Of a stretch of DNA of 64,000 bases, positions 21,713 to 31,610 are shown in pieces (position 1 is the first letter of the stretch; every line of letters begins with the position of its first letter). Source of the stretch: Geopsychrobacteraceae bacterium (lineage in GTDB: Bacteria > Desulfobacterota > Desulfuromonadia > Desulfuromonadales > Geopsychrobacteraceae); assembly GCA_963662315.1 (NCBI GenBank), contig OY759353.1:544001-608000 (forward strand), in the 5' to 3' direction. The notes below the pieces were generated by a model. The model did no database searches. It worked only from the letters and a program-made list of their open reading frames with translations, and was not told where the DNA came from. The translations under genes were made by a program, and so were the position numbers.

Positions 21713-22014
21713 GTCACTGATTTACATAGATGAACGCAGATATAATTCGATTTAAAAGAGTCGATAGGATCGACAGGATAAGGTCTGATAAAAGTCAAAA
21801 ACTTAATGTCCACAGGGCATGCGTGGTACGGAAAATATAGTCAAAATAATAGATGTTTTTGTTTTTGGCCTAATTTTTTTGCGATGTATTCGACTTTACT
21901 GCCGTGATATCGGTGTTTTTTTCTGGCTTTAATCGTTTTAAATCAGATTTACCCTGTTGATGCCGGCAAAAATGATTGTGGATTTATCTGAGTAAATCTG
22001 TGTCCGTCTGTGGC
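21713..22014. repeat. Nested degenerate palindromic repeat (CACAGAT-type outer arms)
   Basis: Left arm GTCACTGATTTACATAGATGAACGCAGATA matches the reverse complement of right arm TATCTGAGTAAATCTGTGTCCGTCTGTGGC at 21/30. Inner arms: ATCGACAGGATAAGGTCTGAT / ATCAGATTTACCCTGTTGAT. Confidence 0.65.
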
Positions 22015-22036
22015 AAATTGAAAGAGGATTATCTCA

Positions 22037-22201
22037 ATGGAAACCATCAAAACCGCCAGTTTTGAATATCTGATCAGTCTTGCCAAAGAAAATTCTAACG
22101 GAGGTTATACTTTTGTTCTGGATGGCTCGAGTTATCAGATTCAGGATGTCCTGGAAATATCAAGAATTGCAGAAAAGCATGGCTATATTGTAATCTATTG
22201 A
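22037..22201 (+). CDS. Small hypothetical protein, 54 aa
   Basis: RBS AAAGAGGA. METIKTASFEYLISLAKENSNGGYTFVLDGSSYQIQDVLEISRIAEKHGYIVIY*. Below the ORF-track cutoff. Confidence 0.7.
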   Translation: METIKTASFEYLISLAKENSNGGYTFVLDGSSYQIQDVLEISRIAEKHGYIVIY

Positions 22202-22245
22202 TAAAAAGCTAGGCTGTAATGTAATTTTTAACCGAATTAGAGGAG

Positions 22246-22749
22246 ATGCCGATGTCTGACCACTTAGAAGAAATGGGTTTGAAAAAGGGAGTCTGCTACA
22301 CTCTGGAAGTTGCTCTAGAAAAAGCCATCATTATGGAAGAACGTGGCTTCCGTAATTATATTCGTGCTATTCAGTTGGTCGAGGATAAACAAGCTAAAGA
22401 AATACTTCGCGATGCGGCAAAAGAAGAATTGGAGCATAAGCATCGTATTGAACTCGCTTTGCTGGAAGGGCATGATCATCATGCTGCAATTCTGAGCCAG
22501 GAATTGCCGACTATGAACCTGGATTATGTTTTTGATCAGAAAGATATCGAACCTGGAGCTGACGCCAGGAAATCGCTTGCCTATGCAATCCATCTGGAAA
22601 AGGGTGCGGTCGACTTTTATAAAGCTCTGATTAGTGGGTGTGAAGGGGCACCGATGGCTCCTTTGTTTCAACGGATGTTGGCAGATGAGACCAAGCATTT
22701 GAAAACGCTTGAGGATTATTATGAGCGGTTGTTTTTGACGGAAAATTAA
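22246..22749 (+). CDS. Ferritin-like (rubrerythrin diiron domain) protein
   Basis: Duplicated E...Y...ExxH pattern (EERGFRNY...EELEH; EKGAVDFY...DETKH). Confidence 0.88.
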   Translation: MPMSDHLEEMGLKKGVCYTLEVALEKAIIMEERGFRNYIRAIQLVEDKQAKEILRDAAKEELEHKHRIELALLEGHDHHAAILSQELPTMNLDYVFDQKDIEPGADARKSLAYAIHLEKGAVDFYKALISGCEGAPMAPLFQRMLADETKHLKTLEDYYERLFLTEN

Positions 22750-22826
22750 AAAAATATCCTTGTCTCATTAACGTTTATTATATCTAAGCAAAATAGTCAC
22801 TAATGGCTTTTGGCGGAGACACTGAT

Positions 22827-22843
22827 TGTCGGTAAATTTTACA
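22827..22843 (+). promoter_or_regulatory. Putative enhancer (bEBP/PrsR-type site) TGT-N11-ACA
   Basis: TGTCGGTAAATTTTACA, 65 nt upstream of the sigma54 site of the PEP-CTERM gene. Confidence 0.65.
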
Positions 22844-22908
22844 TAGACTTTCTTGATTTGTTTCATCGTGAATTTTAACATATTGCAATGATAGGGATTC
22901 TTTTCTGT

Positions 22909-22923
22909 TGGCCTAGAGTTTGC
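22909..22923 (+). promoter_or_regulatory. Sigma54 (-24/-12) promoter
   Basis: TGGCCTAGAGTTTGC has exact GG-N10-GC spacing, 46 nt before the ATG. Confidence 0.75.
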
Positions 22924-22969
22924 GTGTTTATAATGTAGACTCTTCAGATCTTCAGAAAGGAGGTTGCAA

Positions 22970-23560
22970 ATGAAAACTTTTATATTAACCCTTTGTACCG
23001 CATGCTTTTTGTTTATTGCTTCAAATGCTTTAGCCTTAAGTTTTGGTTCTGTTGAATATTATATTAGCAGTGGTGATGCTGCGACTGTGTACAGTGGCAC
23101 TTATCTTTTTACCTCAGTAACTCCTGGGAACGATAACCCGACAACTCTTAGCCCCTACCTTTCAGACTTTGTAGGGCTGATAAATACAATGATCGAGCCT
23201 GATGTCGGCACGTTCGATCTTTATGATAAGCTTGATGCTCCTGCTACAACTGGTTCCGATATGGCGGTTACTTATTACTCTGGTAATAAGACGGGTGAAT
23301 GGACGACTGAAGATCCTGTCCAGTTTTACACTGTTAAAGCCTCTACAGAGTTTGCAGTGTATTGGTTGGATCCGGCTTCAACTTTTGGATATTGGAGTAC
23401 TGAACATCTTCGTAATGGTGGCGGTAATATTCCTAGTATTTCCCACCTTTCGATGTGGAATTCAACAGATGAGCCTCCTCCGGTTCCTGAGCCTGCTACC
23501 TTCATTTTGTTAGGTGGTGGTTTAGTCGGTCTAGCCTTTTACCGGCGCCGTCAAAAGTAA
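22970..23560 (+). CDS. PEP-CTERM sorting domain protein
   Basis: RBS AAAGGAGG, signal peptide ending ALA, Ser/Thr-rich body, C-terminal VPEPATFILLGGGLVGLAFYRRRQK. Confidence 0.95.
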   Translation: MKTFILTLCTACFLFIASNALALSFGSVEYYISSGDAATVYSGTYLFTSVTPGNDNPTTLSPYLSDFVGLINTMIEPDVGTFDLYDKLDAPATTGSDMAVTYYSGNKTGEWTTEDPVQFYTVKASTEFAVYWLDPASTFGYWSTEHLRNGGGNIPSISHLSMWNSTDEPPPVPEPATFILLGGGLVGLAFYRRRQK

Positions 23561-23587
23561 ATAGTATTCATGAAATGTCTGCTTATC

Positions 23588-23619
23588 AAAGCCCTCAACG
23601 GAGTAGTTGGGGGCTTTTT
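23588..23619 (+). terminator. Intrinsic terminator after the PEP-CTERM gene
   Basis: AAAGCCCTCAAC-ggagta-GTTGGGGGCTTTTT. Confidence 0.8.
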
Positions 23620-23723
23620 GTCGTAAAAGTTTACATCCATAGATCTTGACAATCCGTATTCCAGTTTTTATCCTTAGTGGTTCCGAAAACAACCAAAATT
23701 AAACATTTAGGAGGAATTTGCAT

Positions 23724-25565
23724 ATGTCTGACAAGGTGACAAGGGAAGAAGGAAACATTTCCATTCACACGGAAAATATCTTTCCGATCATCAAGAAGTG
23801 GCTTTACAGTGAAAAGGAAATTTTTCTACGTGAACTGGTTTCCAACGCTGTTGATGCTATCCACAAATTGCAGAATATCAACCTGATTGAAGGGCTGAAA
23901 ATCAGTGACGATTATAAGGTTGATATTGCTATTGATAAAGACGCCGGTACTATTACCATCAGTGATAATGGTATCGGGATGACAGCTGATGAGGTCAAAA
24001 AGTACATTAACCAGGTTGCTTTTTCATCTGCAGAGGATTTTATTGAGAAATTCAAGGATCTTGAAGATAAAAATCAGATTATCGGCCATTTTGGCTTAGG
24101 TTTTTATTCCAGCTTTATGGTGGCGAAGTCTGTCGAAATTAAAACCCTGTCTTACCAGGTCGGGGCAGAAGCCGTTCACTGGAGCTGCGATGGAACAACC
24201 AGTTTTACTCTTGAGGTCACAGAAAAAGATTCTCGGGGCACCGATATTATCCTGACCTTGATGGATGAAGAGAAAGAATTTCTGGAAGCTGAAACTGTCA
24301 AGACAACCCTCAAGAAATTCTGTAACTTTTTGCCTGTATCCATCAATCTTGCGGGTGAGGAGGTTAACGATAAAAATCCTCTCTGGACCAAGTCTGCTTC
24401 AGAAGTTACTGACGAAGAGTACAAAGAATTCTATAAAAAGCTTTATCCTTTTTCGGATGAGCCTCTCTTCTGGATTCATCTGAATATCGATTTTCCATTT
24501 AATCTTAAGGGGATTGTCTACTTCCCACGCCTGACTAACGAATTTGATCTGACCAAGAGTCATATCAAACTGTTCTGTAATCAGGTATTTGTTTCCGACA
24601 ATACTCCAGAATTGATCCCCGAGTTCCTTACCCCGCTGCAAGGCTGTCTGGACGCACCTGATCTGCCATTGAATGTATCGCGGAGTTACCTGCAGAATGA
24701 ACCTCAGGTGCGTAAGATTCGTGAAGTCATCAGCGGTCGAGTTGCTTCTAAGATTGTTGAACTCGCCAAGCAGGATCGTGACATCTTCGCCCCGATCTGG
24801 GAGGATATTCATACCTTTGTCAAATATGGCATGATGCGCGAAGATAAGTTTTACGAAAAGGTTAAAGATAAGGTTATCTACCGCACCACGGCAGAAGTTA
24901 AATATACGACTTTGCCTGAATATCTTGAGCGAGCCAAAGAAAAGCACGAAAACAAGGTATACTATGCCAATGATGAAGGAACTCAGGCAACATATCTGAA
25001 GCTATTCAAGTCTCAGGGAATGGAAGCGTTGATTCTTGATGCTCTTATTGACAATCACTTTATTCAGTTTCTGGAATCGAAGAACAGCGATGTCAAATTT
25101 GAGCGGGTTGACTCTGATATTACCGAGAATCTTCTCTCTGATGATTCTTCCAGTAAGATCGTTTCAGGAGAAGATGGCAAAACCAAAGAAGAAAAGATTG
25201 AGCAAGCATTTAAGGATCACTTGGATATCAAAGGCTTGTTTATCCGCATCGAAGCCCTTAAGGATGATACTGTCCCAGGCATGATCCTGTTGAACGAGCA
25301 ATCCCGGCGTTTCAAAGAGATGATGCGGAATATGGGGCAGGGGGGCGAAATGCCCGATATGTTTGCCGAGCACACTCTTATGGTTAATACTGCCAGCCCG
25401 GCCATAGCTAAAATAATGCAACTCAAGGAAAAAGGTGATAATGAAACTGCGGACATGTTAATTGATCAGATTTACGACCTGGCCATGTTGTCTCATCAGG
25501 CGATCAACAAAGACCGCATGGCTGCCTTCCTGGAGCGGAGTGGTAAGCTGATCGGGATGGTTTGA
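23724..25565 (+). CDS. htpG: Chaperone HtpG (Hsp90)
   Basis: LYSEKEIFLRELVSNAVDA, DNGIGM, IGHFGLGFYSSFMV, LPLNVSRSYLQ. Confidence 0.97.
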   Translation: MSDKVTREEGNISIHTENIFPIIKKWLYSEKEIFLRELVSNAVDAIHKLQNINLIEGLKISDDYKVDIAIDKDAGTITISDNGIGMTADEVKKYINQVAFSSAEDFIEKFKDLEDKNQIIGHFGLGFYSSFMVAKSVEIKTLSYQVGAEAVHWSCDGTTSFTLEVTEKDSRGTDIILTLMDEEKEFLEAETVKTTLKKFCNFLPVSINLAGEEVNDKNPLWTKSASEVTDEEYKEFYKKLYPFSDEPLFWIHLNIDFPFNLKGIVYFPRLTNEFDLTKSHIKLFCNQVFVSDNTPELIPEFLTPLQGCLDAPDLPLNVSRSYLQNEPQVRKIREVISGRVASKIVELAKQDRDIFAPIWEDIHTFVKYGMMREDKFYEKVKDKVIYRTTAEVKYTTLPEYLERAKEKHENKVYYANDEGTQATYLKLFKSQGMEALILDALIDNHFIQFLESKNSDVKFERVDSDITENLLSDDSSSKIVSGEDGKTKEEKIEQAFKDHLDIKGLFIRIEALKDDTVPGMILLNEQSRRFKEMMRNMGQGGEMPDMFAEHTLMVNTASPAIAKIMQLKEKGDNETADMLIDQIYDLAMLSHQAINKDRMAAFLERSGKLIGMV

Positions 25566-25592
25566 CGTCTTATAAAATTAATAGCAACCACG

Positions 25593-25621
25593 ACCGGGTC
25601 CTTTGTGGCCCGGTTTTTTTT
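25593..25621 (+). terminator. Intrinsic terminator after htpG
   Basis: ACCGGGTC-ctttgt-GGCCCGGT followed by a T-run. Confidence 0.8.
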
Positions 25622-25740
25622 GACCACGGAAAAAGGCCTTAATCTTTGGTATTGAAAATCCCTACTTTGTATTTTTTGTGAACCAATATCTTTTATCTTG
25701 TCAGCGTTTATCTGTGAAAATCAGTGGCTAAAAAAAGCAG

Positions 25741-26214
25741 TTAATCAAGCTGTCCAGTCTGACGCAGAGCCTCATAAAGAATAATCGCTGCTGAATTGGC
25801 AAGGTTCAGACTTCTTACTGCCGGGCTGAAGATGGGGATCCTTAGAGTTTGATCAATGTTGGCGTCAATCAAGTCGTCGGGCAATCCTTTGGTTTCTTTG
25901 CCGAATACAAGAAAATCGCCAGCTTTAAAATCTGCAGTCGTATGAGTCTTTACTGCCTTTTTAGACGTGTACCAGAAGCGTCCTTCCGGATATTCAGATT
26001 GAAGCTCAGTCAAGTTTTTCCACAGGTGTAATTTTACTTCGGGCCAATAATCTAGGCCTGCACGTTTCATGTGCTTATCGTCCAGGGAAAAACCAAGTTT
26101 TCCAACCAGGTGTAAGTGTGTCCCTGTTGCTGCACATAAACGTCCGATATTTCCTGTGTTAGGAGGGATCTCGGGCTCAATCAGGACTATATGGAAGGGT
26201 TCGGTTTCTCGCAT
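25741..26214 (-). CDS. trmL: tRNA (cytidine/uridine(34)-2'-O)-methyltransferase
   Basis: PEIPPNTGNIGRLC, RAGLDYW, FGKETKGLP, RSLNLANS. Confidence 0.95.
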   Translation of the reverse strand: MRETEPFHIVLIEPEIPPNTGNIGRLCAATGTHLHLVGKLGFSLDDKHMKRAGLDYWPEVKLHLWKNLTELQSEYPEGRFWYTSKKAVKTHTTADFKAGDFLVFGKETKGLPDDLIDANIDQTLRIPIFSPAVRSLNLANSAAIILYEALRQTGQLD

Positions 26215-26395
26215 AGCGCGAAAACATATCACAGTAAGATTGGATTAGAAAGAGAATCTTCACATTGCTGGGACAGTTAGCAATCAATTTGCGGTAGAAA
26301 TAACAATAAAGGCTCTATTTATGGTGTGTCAGACGCACCACACAGCAGAGCCTTGGATATGGATGTTTTTAGAATGGGATCGAATAGCCTTTAGG

Positions 26396-26620
26396 CTAAT
26401 GCATTTCTAAAATCTGATCCATTTTAAGTAGATTAGTCCGTCTTTCGGGGCCTGCATAACTACGATGTTTAGCCATACCACGCAGTGGCCCTGTCTTTAT
26501 GTCGACCCATCCATCGCTACGCCTGAATTTTGTTATTTTTTCTTCTTCAATCAGTCGATTAAGGATAAAATCTTTGACCATGTCGTGCTTGCCATCGTGG
26601 TAAATAACGGATATCAGCAC
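26396..26620 (-). CDS. Small GSU3473-like protein
   Basis: MLISVIYHDGKHDMVK...KFRRSDGWVDI...PLRG...YAGPERR; RBS AAGGAG. Confidence 0.8.
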   Translation of the reverse strand: MLISVIYHDGKHDMVKDFILNRLIEEEKITKFRRSDGWVDIKTGPLRGMAKHRSYAGPERRTNLLKMDQILEMH

Positions 26621-26750
26621 ATTTCGCTCCTTTTGTTCGCTGTGTCAGACTATAACCCCCTTGCAAATATTCTGCAAAGATCAAGCCGTTGCGCTATAAG
26701 TGTGCGATCTCGGCAAGTTAAGAAGCGTTTCTAGAATTTGTCGAAAAAAT

Positions 26751-28220
26751 TTACAACTTGTTTTGCTCATATTGCGAGGTGATAGCTGTATAGCCTCCTT
26801 GGTCGGATGGAATCAGGTGTAAAATATTGTTGATACAGTTTATGCGATCTTGTGGTGCGTGAGTGACATAAAGAATTTGTGTAGAGCCTTTGCTGGCTAA
26901 AATGTCGATAACGCGCAGAATCATTTCCCGGTTAATTTCATCAAGGCCTTGGCATGGTTCATCTAAAATCAAAATTTCGGGATGTTTAATCATGGCGCGG
27001 GCTAGAAGTACCAGACGTTGTTCGCCAAAGGACAATTTTTGATATGCTTTATTTGCTAGGTCTGGCATCTGTAAAATATTCAGCCATTCAAGGGCAATGT
27101 TTTTTTCAGCATTAGAAACTTTACGATAGATCCCGACAGAATCAAAAAAACCAGAAACGACAACGCTTAATGCTGTACCGGAAACCCGGTAGCTCCTTTG
27201 GAATGCCGTTGAGATGATACCGATTCTCTTTTTGATGTCCCAGATGCTCTCTCCCATCCCTTTTTGTTGTCCAAAAAGTCGGATGTCGTTGGAGTAAGAT
27301 TGTGTGTTTTCACCAGAAATTAAGTTTAGCAGGGTTGTCTTTCCTGATCCGTTCGGGCCTGTTATGATCCAATGTTCTCCAGGTTTTACTTCCCAGTTCA
27401 GGTTTGTCAGGATCGGTTTTCCTACATAGGAAACGCAGATATTTTTCATGACGATGGGTGATGCGTGGGTTTCAATACCTGCGCGTGGATAAATCATGTC
27501 GGGCAGTTTGGTGGGAATGCTGGTCTGCAGGGATATTAATCTATTTAGTGTGACTGATTCCCGGACTGATTGTTTGTCTCCGGCAATCACGATTTTTCCC
27601 TGTTGCATATACGCAAGGGAGGTTACTTCCGACAGTACCTCGCTAAAGCGATTCAGGAGCAAAATGATATTTGTACCATCTTTTAACACCTCCTTGATCA
27701 GAATCTGTAATGAAACGTTTGACTCGCTGTCAAGACCATCAAATGGTTCATCTAAAACTATATGAGAAGGCCTGTCCAGAAGGGCTTTGCAGATAAGGGC
27801 CTTTCTCATTTCCCCGGTAGAGAGAAATTTAATTCCTCGCTCTAAAATATGTGAAAATTTAAGCTTCAGGGCGAGGGCGTCAAGTTCCTGTTTGTAAGCA
27901 TTCTTGCCCGCCAGAATAAAATCACGAGTCAGGGTTCCGGTGTCAGCTCCGCCCAGAAATTCAGAATCGTCCTTATACTGTTCCTGTTCAAGGACTTCAC
28001 TTACTGACTCAAAAGAAACAAATGTCGTATTTTCTAACTCCATATCGCCTGATGAGGGAGTTAATTGCTGGCATAATAACCGGCCAAGGGCAGATTTTCC
28101 ACTACCATTCGGTCCTAAGATAGCCCAGCATTGTTCTGGTTTAATAGAGAGGGAAATGTTTTCCAGGCAAAGTTTTTTATTGTAATGCGCTGAAACATCT
28201 TTAAGGGTGATGGTTGGCAA
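26751..28220 (-). CDS. modF: ModF-like tandem ABC ATPase
   Basis: Two Walker A motifs (GPNGSGKS/T), LSTGEMRK, LDEPFDGLD, GESIWDIKK, LSFGEQRL. Confidence 0.9.
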   Translation of the reverse strand: MPTITLKDVSAHYNKKLCLENISLSIKPEQCWAILGPNGSGKSALGRLLCQQLTPSSGDMELENTTFVSFESVSEVLEQEQYKDDSEFLGGADTGTLTRDFILAGKNAYKQELDALALKLKFSHILERGIKFLSTGEMRKALICKALLDRPSHIVLDEPFDGLDSESNVSLQILIKEVLKDGTNIILLLNRFSEVLSEVTSLAYMQQGKIVIAGDKQSVRESVTLNRLISLQTSIPTKLPDMIYPRAGIETHASPIVMKNICVSYVGKPILTNLNWEVKPGEHWIITGPNGSGKTTLLNLISGENTQSYSNDIRLFGQQKGMGESIWDIKKRIGIISTAFQRSYRVSGTALSVVVSGFFDSVGIYRKVSNAEKNIALEWLNILQMPDLANKAYQKLSFGEQRLVLLARAMIKHPEILILDEPCQGLDEINREMILRVIDILASKGSTQILYVTHAPQDRINCINNILHLIPSDQGGYTAITSQYEQNKL

Positions 28221-28325
28221 GGTGCTTATCCCCTTTATAAATATGGAGGGCTTGTGCTCCGTTAGTAAGTCCTGATTGTTAAAATGTAAGAGGTCTTTTT
28301 ATCTGGTTAAGAGAGTATATGCTAC

Positions 28326-28357
28326 AAAAAAATCCCCCTACATAAATGAAGGGGGAT
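28326..28357 (-). terminator. Intrinsic terminator after metY paralogue 1
   Basis: ATCCCCCT...AGGGGGAT stem next to A7 (T7 on the minus strand). Confidence 0.75.
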
Positions 28358-28391
28358 CGTCCTAACTTGATAGCTGATCCATTCTGTATGT

Positions 28392-29687
<1,296 letters not shown>

Positions 29688-29853
29688 TCACTCCTTCTTA
29701 CGTGTGTAGCGGGTTGCTATTATTTACTAGAATGGTAAAGAATGATTATCTATAGCAATTGGAGAAGGAATGTGCAAGGGGTAAACTTGGTGTGATGGGA
29801 AAATATATTTAATTAAGCAGGGATGGATACGAAAACTCTCATACATTAACCCT

Positions 29854-29945
29854 CTCGCAAAGTACGCAGGGAACGCAAAGAAAAACCTTTCATATTTTCC
29901 TCGGCGATCTCTGCGTACTTTAGTGAGCGGAGCGAATGAGCGTGG
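29854..29945. repeat. Palindromic CGCAAAG-type repeat with TGAGCGGAGCGAA tail
   Basis: CTCGCAAAGTACGCAGGGAACGC pairs with GCGATCTCTGCGTACTTTAGTGAG; a similar decayed unit lies at ~43049-43170. Confidence 0.7.
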
Positions 29946-30018
29946 GAAGATGTTGTTGCGGTGCTAAAGTGTTAATATTTTTTTTAGCGAAAATCCGTAG
30001 TCATGCGTTGAAAAAAAA

Positions 30019-31299
30019 TTAACAACTAGCTTTCAACGCTTGATCAACATCAGCAATCAGATCCTCAATGTTTTCAATTCCGACTGATAGCCGGATCAGA
30101 TCCGGACTGACGCCTGAGGCTATCTGTTGCTCTTCGGTCAGTTGGCGGTGGGTGGTGCTGGCCGGGTGGAGGACACAGGAGCGTGCATCGCCGACATGGA
30201 CCACCATGGCAATCAACTGGCAGGCTTCCATGAACTTCATTCCCGCGTTACGACCGCCTTTGATACCGAAGGTTAAAACGCCACTGGAACCAAGGGGGAG
30301 ATACTTATGGGCCAGGTCGTAACTGGGATGACTTTCAAGGCCGGGATAATTGACCCAGGATACCTGGGGATGACTTTCCAGGAATTGTGCCAGGGCCAAA
30401 GCATTGCTGCTGTGACGTTCCATACGTAAGTGCAGGGTGATCAAGCCATGGTTCATCAGCCAGGTATTTTGTGGTGCCGGGGTGACACCCAGATCGCGCA
30501 TATATTGAGCGCGAGCTTTAACTATGTAGGCTAATGGGCCGAACTTCTCGACATATTTTAAACCATGGTAAGAGGTGTCGGGTGCACACAACTCCGGATA
30601 TTTTTCGGCTGACCATGTGAATTTTCCGCTGTCGATAATGACGCCGCCAACACAGGTTCCATGACCATCGATGTATTTGGTAGCAGAATGAATGACAATG
30701 TCTGCACCGTGTTCGATGGGGCGGCATAAATAAGGTGAGGCGAGGGTGTTATCAATAATTAGGGGTACACCCATGGTTTTGCTCAAAGAGCTGAATTTAT
30801 CGAAATCAAGAATATTGAGCCCCGGGTTGCCTATGGTTTCGGCAAACACACAACGGGTATCGGGTCTGAAAGCGGATTGCATTTCTTCGATAGGTGAGTT
30901 CGGGTCAATGAAGGATACTTCAATACCTAGTTTTGGAAAGGTATTGGCAAACAGGGAGTAGGTTCCTCCATACAAGGTGCTGGCTGCAACAACATGCTGA
31001 CCGCTGCGACAAATATTGAGAATAGCCAGGGTAGATGCTGCCTGCCCGGAAGAGGTCGCCAGCGCCGCTACGCCGCCCTCAAGTAAGGCCATTTTCTCTT
31101 CAAAAACGCTGCTGGTCGGGTTGCCCAGGCGAGTATACATAGGGTCTGCGCAATCCAGGTCAAACAATTCGGCCATATGAGCAGCGCTTGTATATCTGAA
31201 TGTCGTACTCTGGTGAATGGGGGCAGTGCGTGGCTCTCCAGCTTCTGGTTGGTAAGTGCCTTGTACAGCTTGTGTTTCAATTTTCCAATTATTTTGCAT
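30019..31299 (-). CDS. O-acetylhomoserine sulfhydrylase family, paralogue 2
   Basis: YTRLGNPT, SATKYIDGHG (PLP Lys), HVGDARSCVLHPASTTH. Confidence 0.9.
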   Translation of the reverse strand: MQNNWKIETQAVQGTYQPEAGEPRTAPIHQSTTFRYTSAAHMAELFDLDCADPMYTRLGNPTSSVFEEKMALLEGGVAALATSSGQAASTLAILNICRSGQHVVAASTLYGGTYSLFANTFPKLGIEVSFIDPNSPIEEMQSAFRPDTRCVFAETIGNPGLNILDFDKFSSLSKTMGVPLIIDNTLASPYLCRPIEHGADIVIHSATKYIDGHGTCVGGVIIDSGKFTWSAEKYPELCAPDTSYHGLKYVEKFGPLAYIVKARAQYMRDLGVTPAPQNTWLMNHGLITLHLRMERHSSNALALAQFLESHPQVSWVNYPGLESHPSYDLAHKYLPLGSSGVLTFGIKGGRNAGMKFMEACQLIAMVVHVGDARSCVLHPASTTHRQLTEEQQIASGVSPDLIRLSVGIENIEDLIADVDQALKASC

Positions 31300-31610
31300 G
31301 TTGATTCCTCCTGGACAATGTCATCAAAATTTGCAGAATTTTAGCAGATATGTTTATAAAGTCTATGGTTCATGATAGTTCGAATGCCGTAAAACGATGT
31401 GATCAGAACAGCATAATTTGCCAAGGATGAACACAGATAAAGGATGATATGATCAAGGGCCTGTTGTCCACGAAAGACGAGAAGCTGTTGAAAATGATCA
31501 ATTCTTTCGATGCGAAGACCTTTATACTTAAGTCCTTTCCGAAGGTTCAGTCGGGAATCCATACCCTATAGCAGTTAAACAGTTGAGTTTAAGCCAGGTG
31601 AATCAAAATT

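Noticed and set aside
21713..22014. CRISPR array or integron attC array
   Set aside because: Repeats are inverted and degenerate, with no regular repeat-spacer period, no GTTRRRY/RYYYAAC boxes and no cas or intI gene.
31300..31610. SAM riboswitch or T-box upstream of the sulfhydrylase genes; 73-aa ORF 31341-31562
   Set aside because: No SAM-I core or T-box motif on the minus strand. The region holds a half copy of the palindromic repeat instead.
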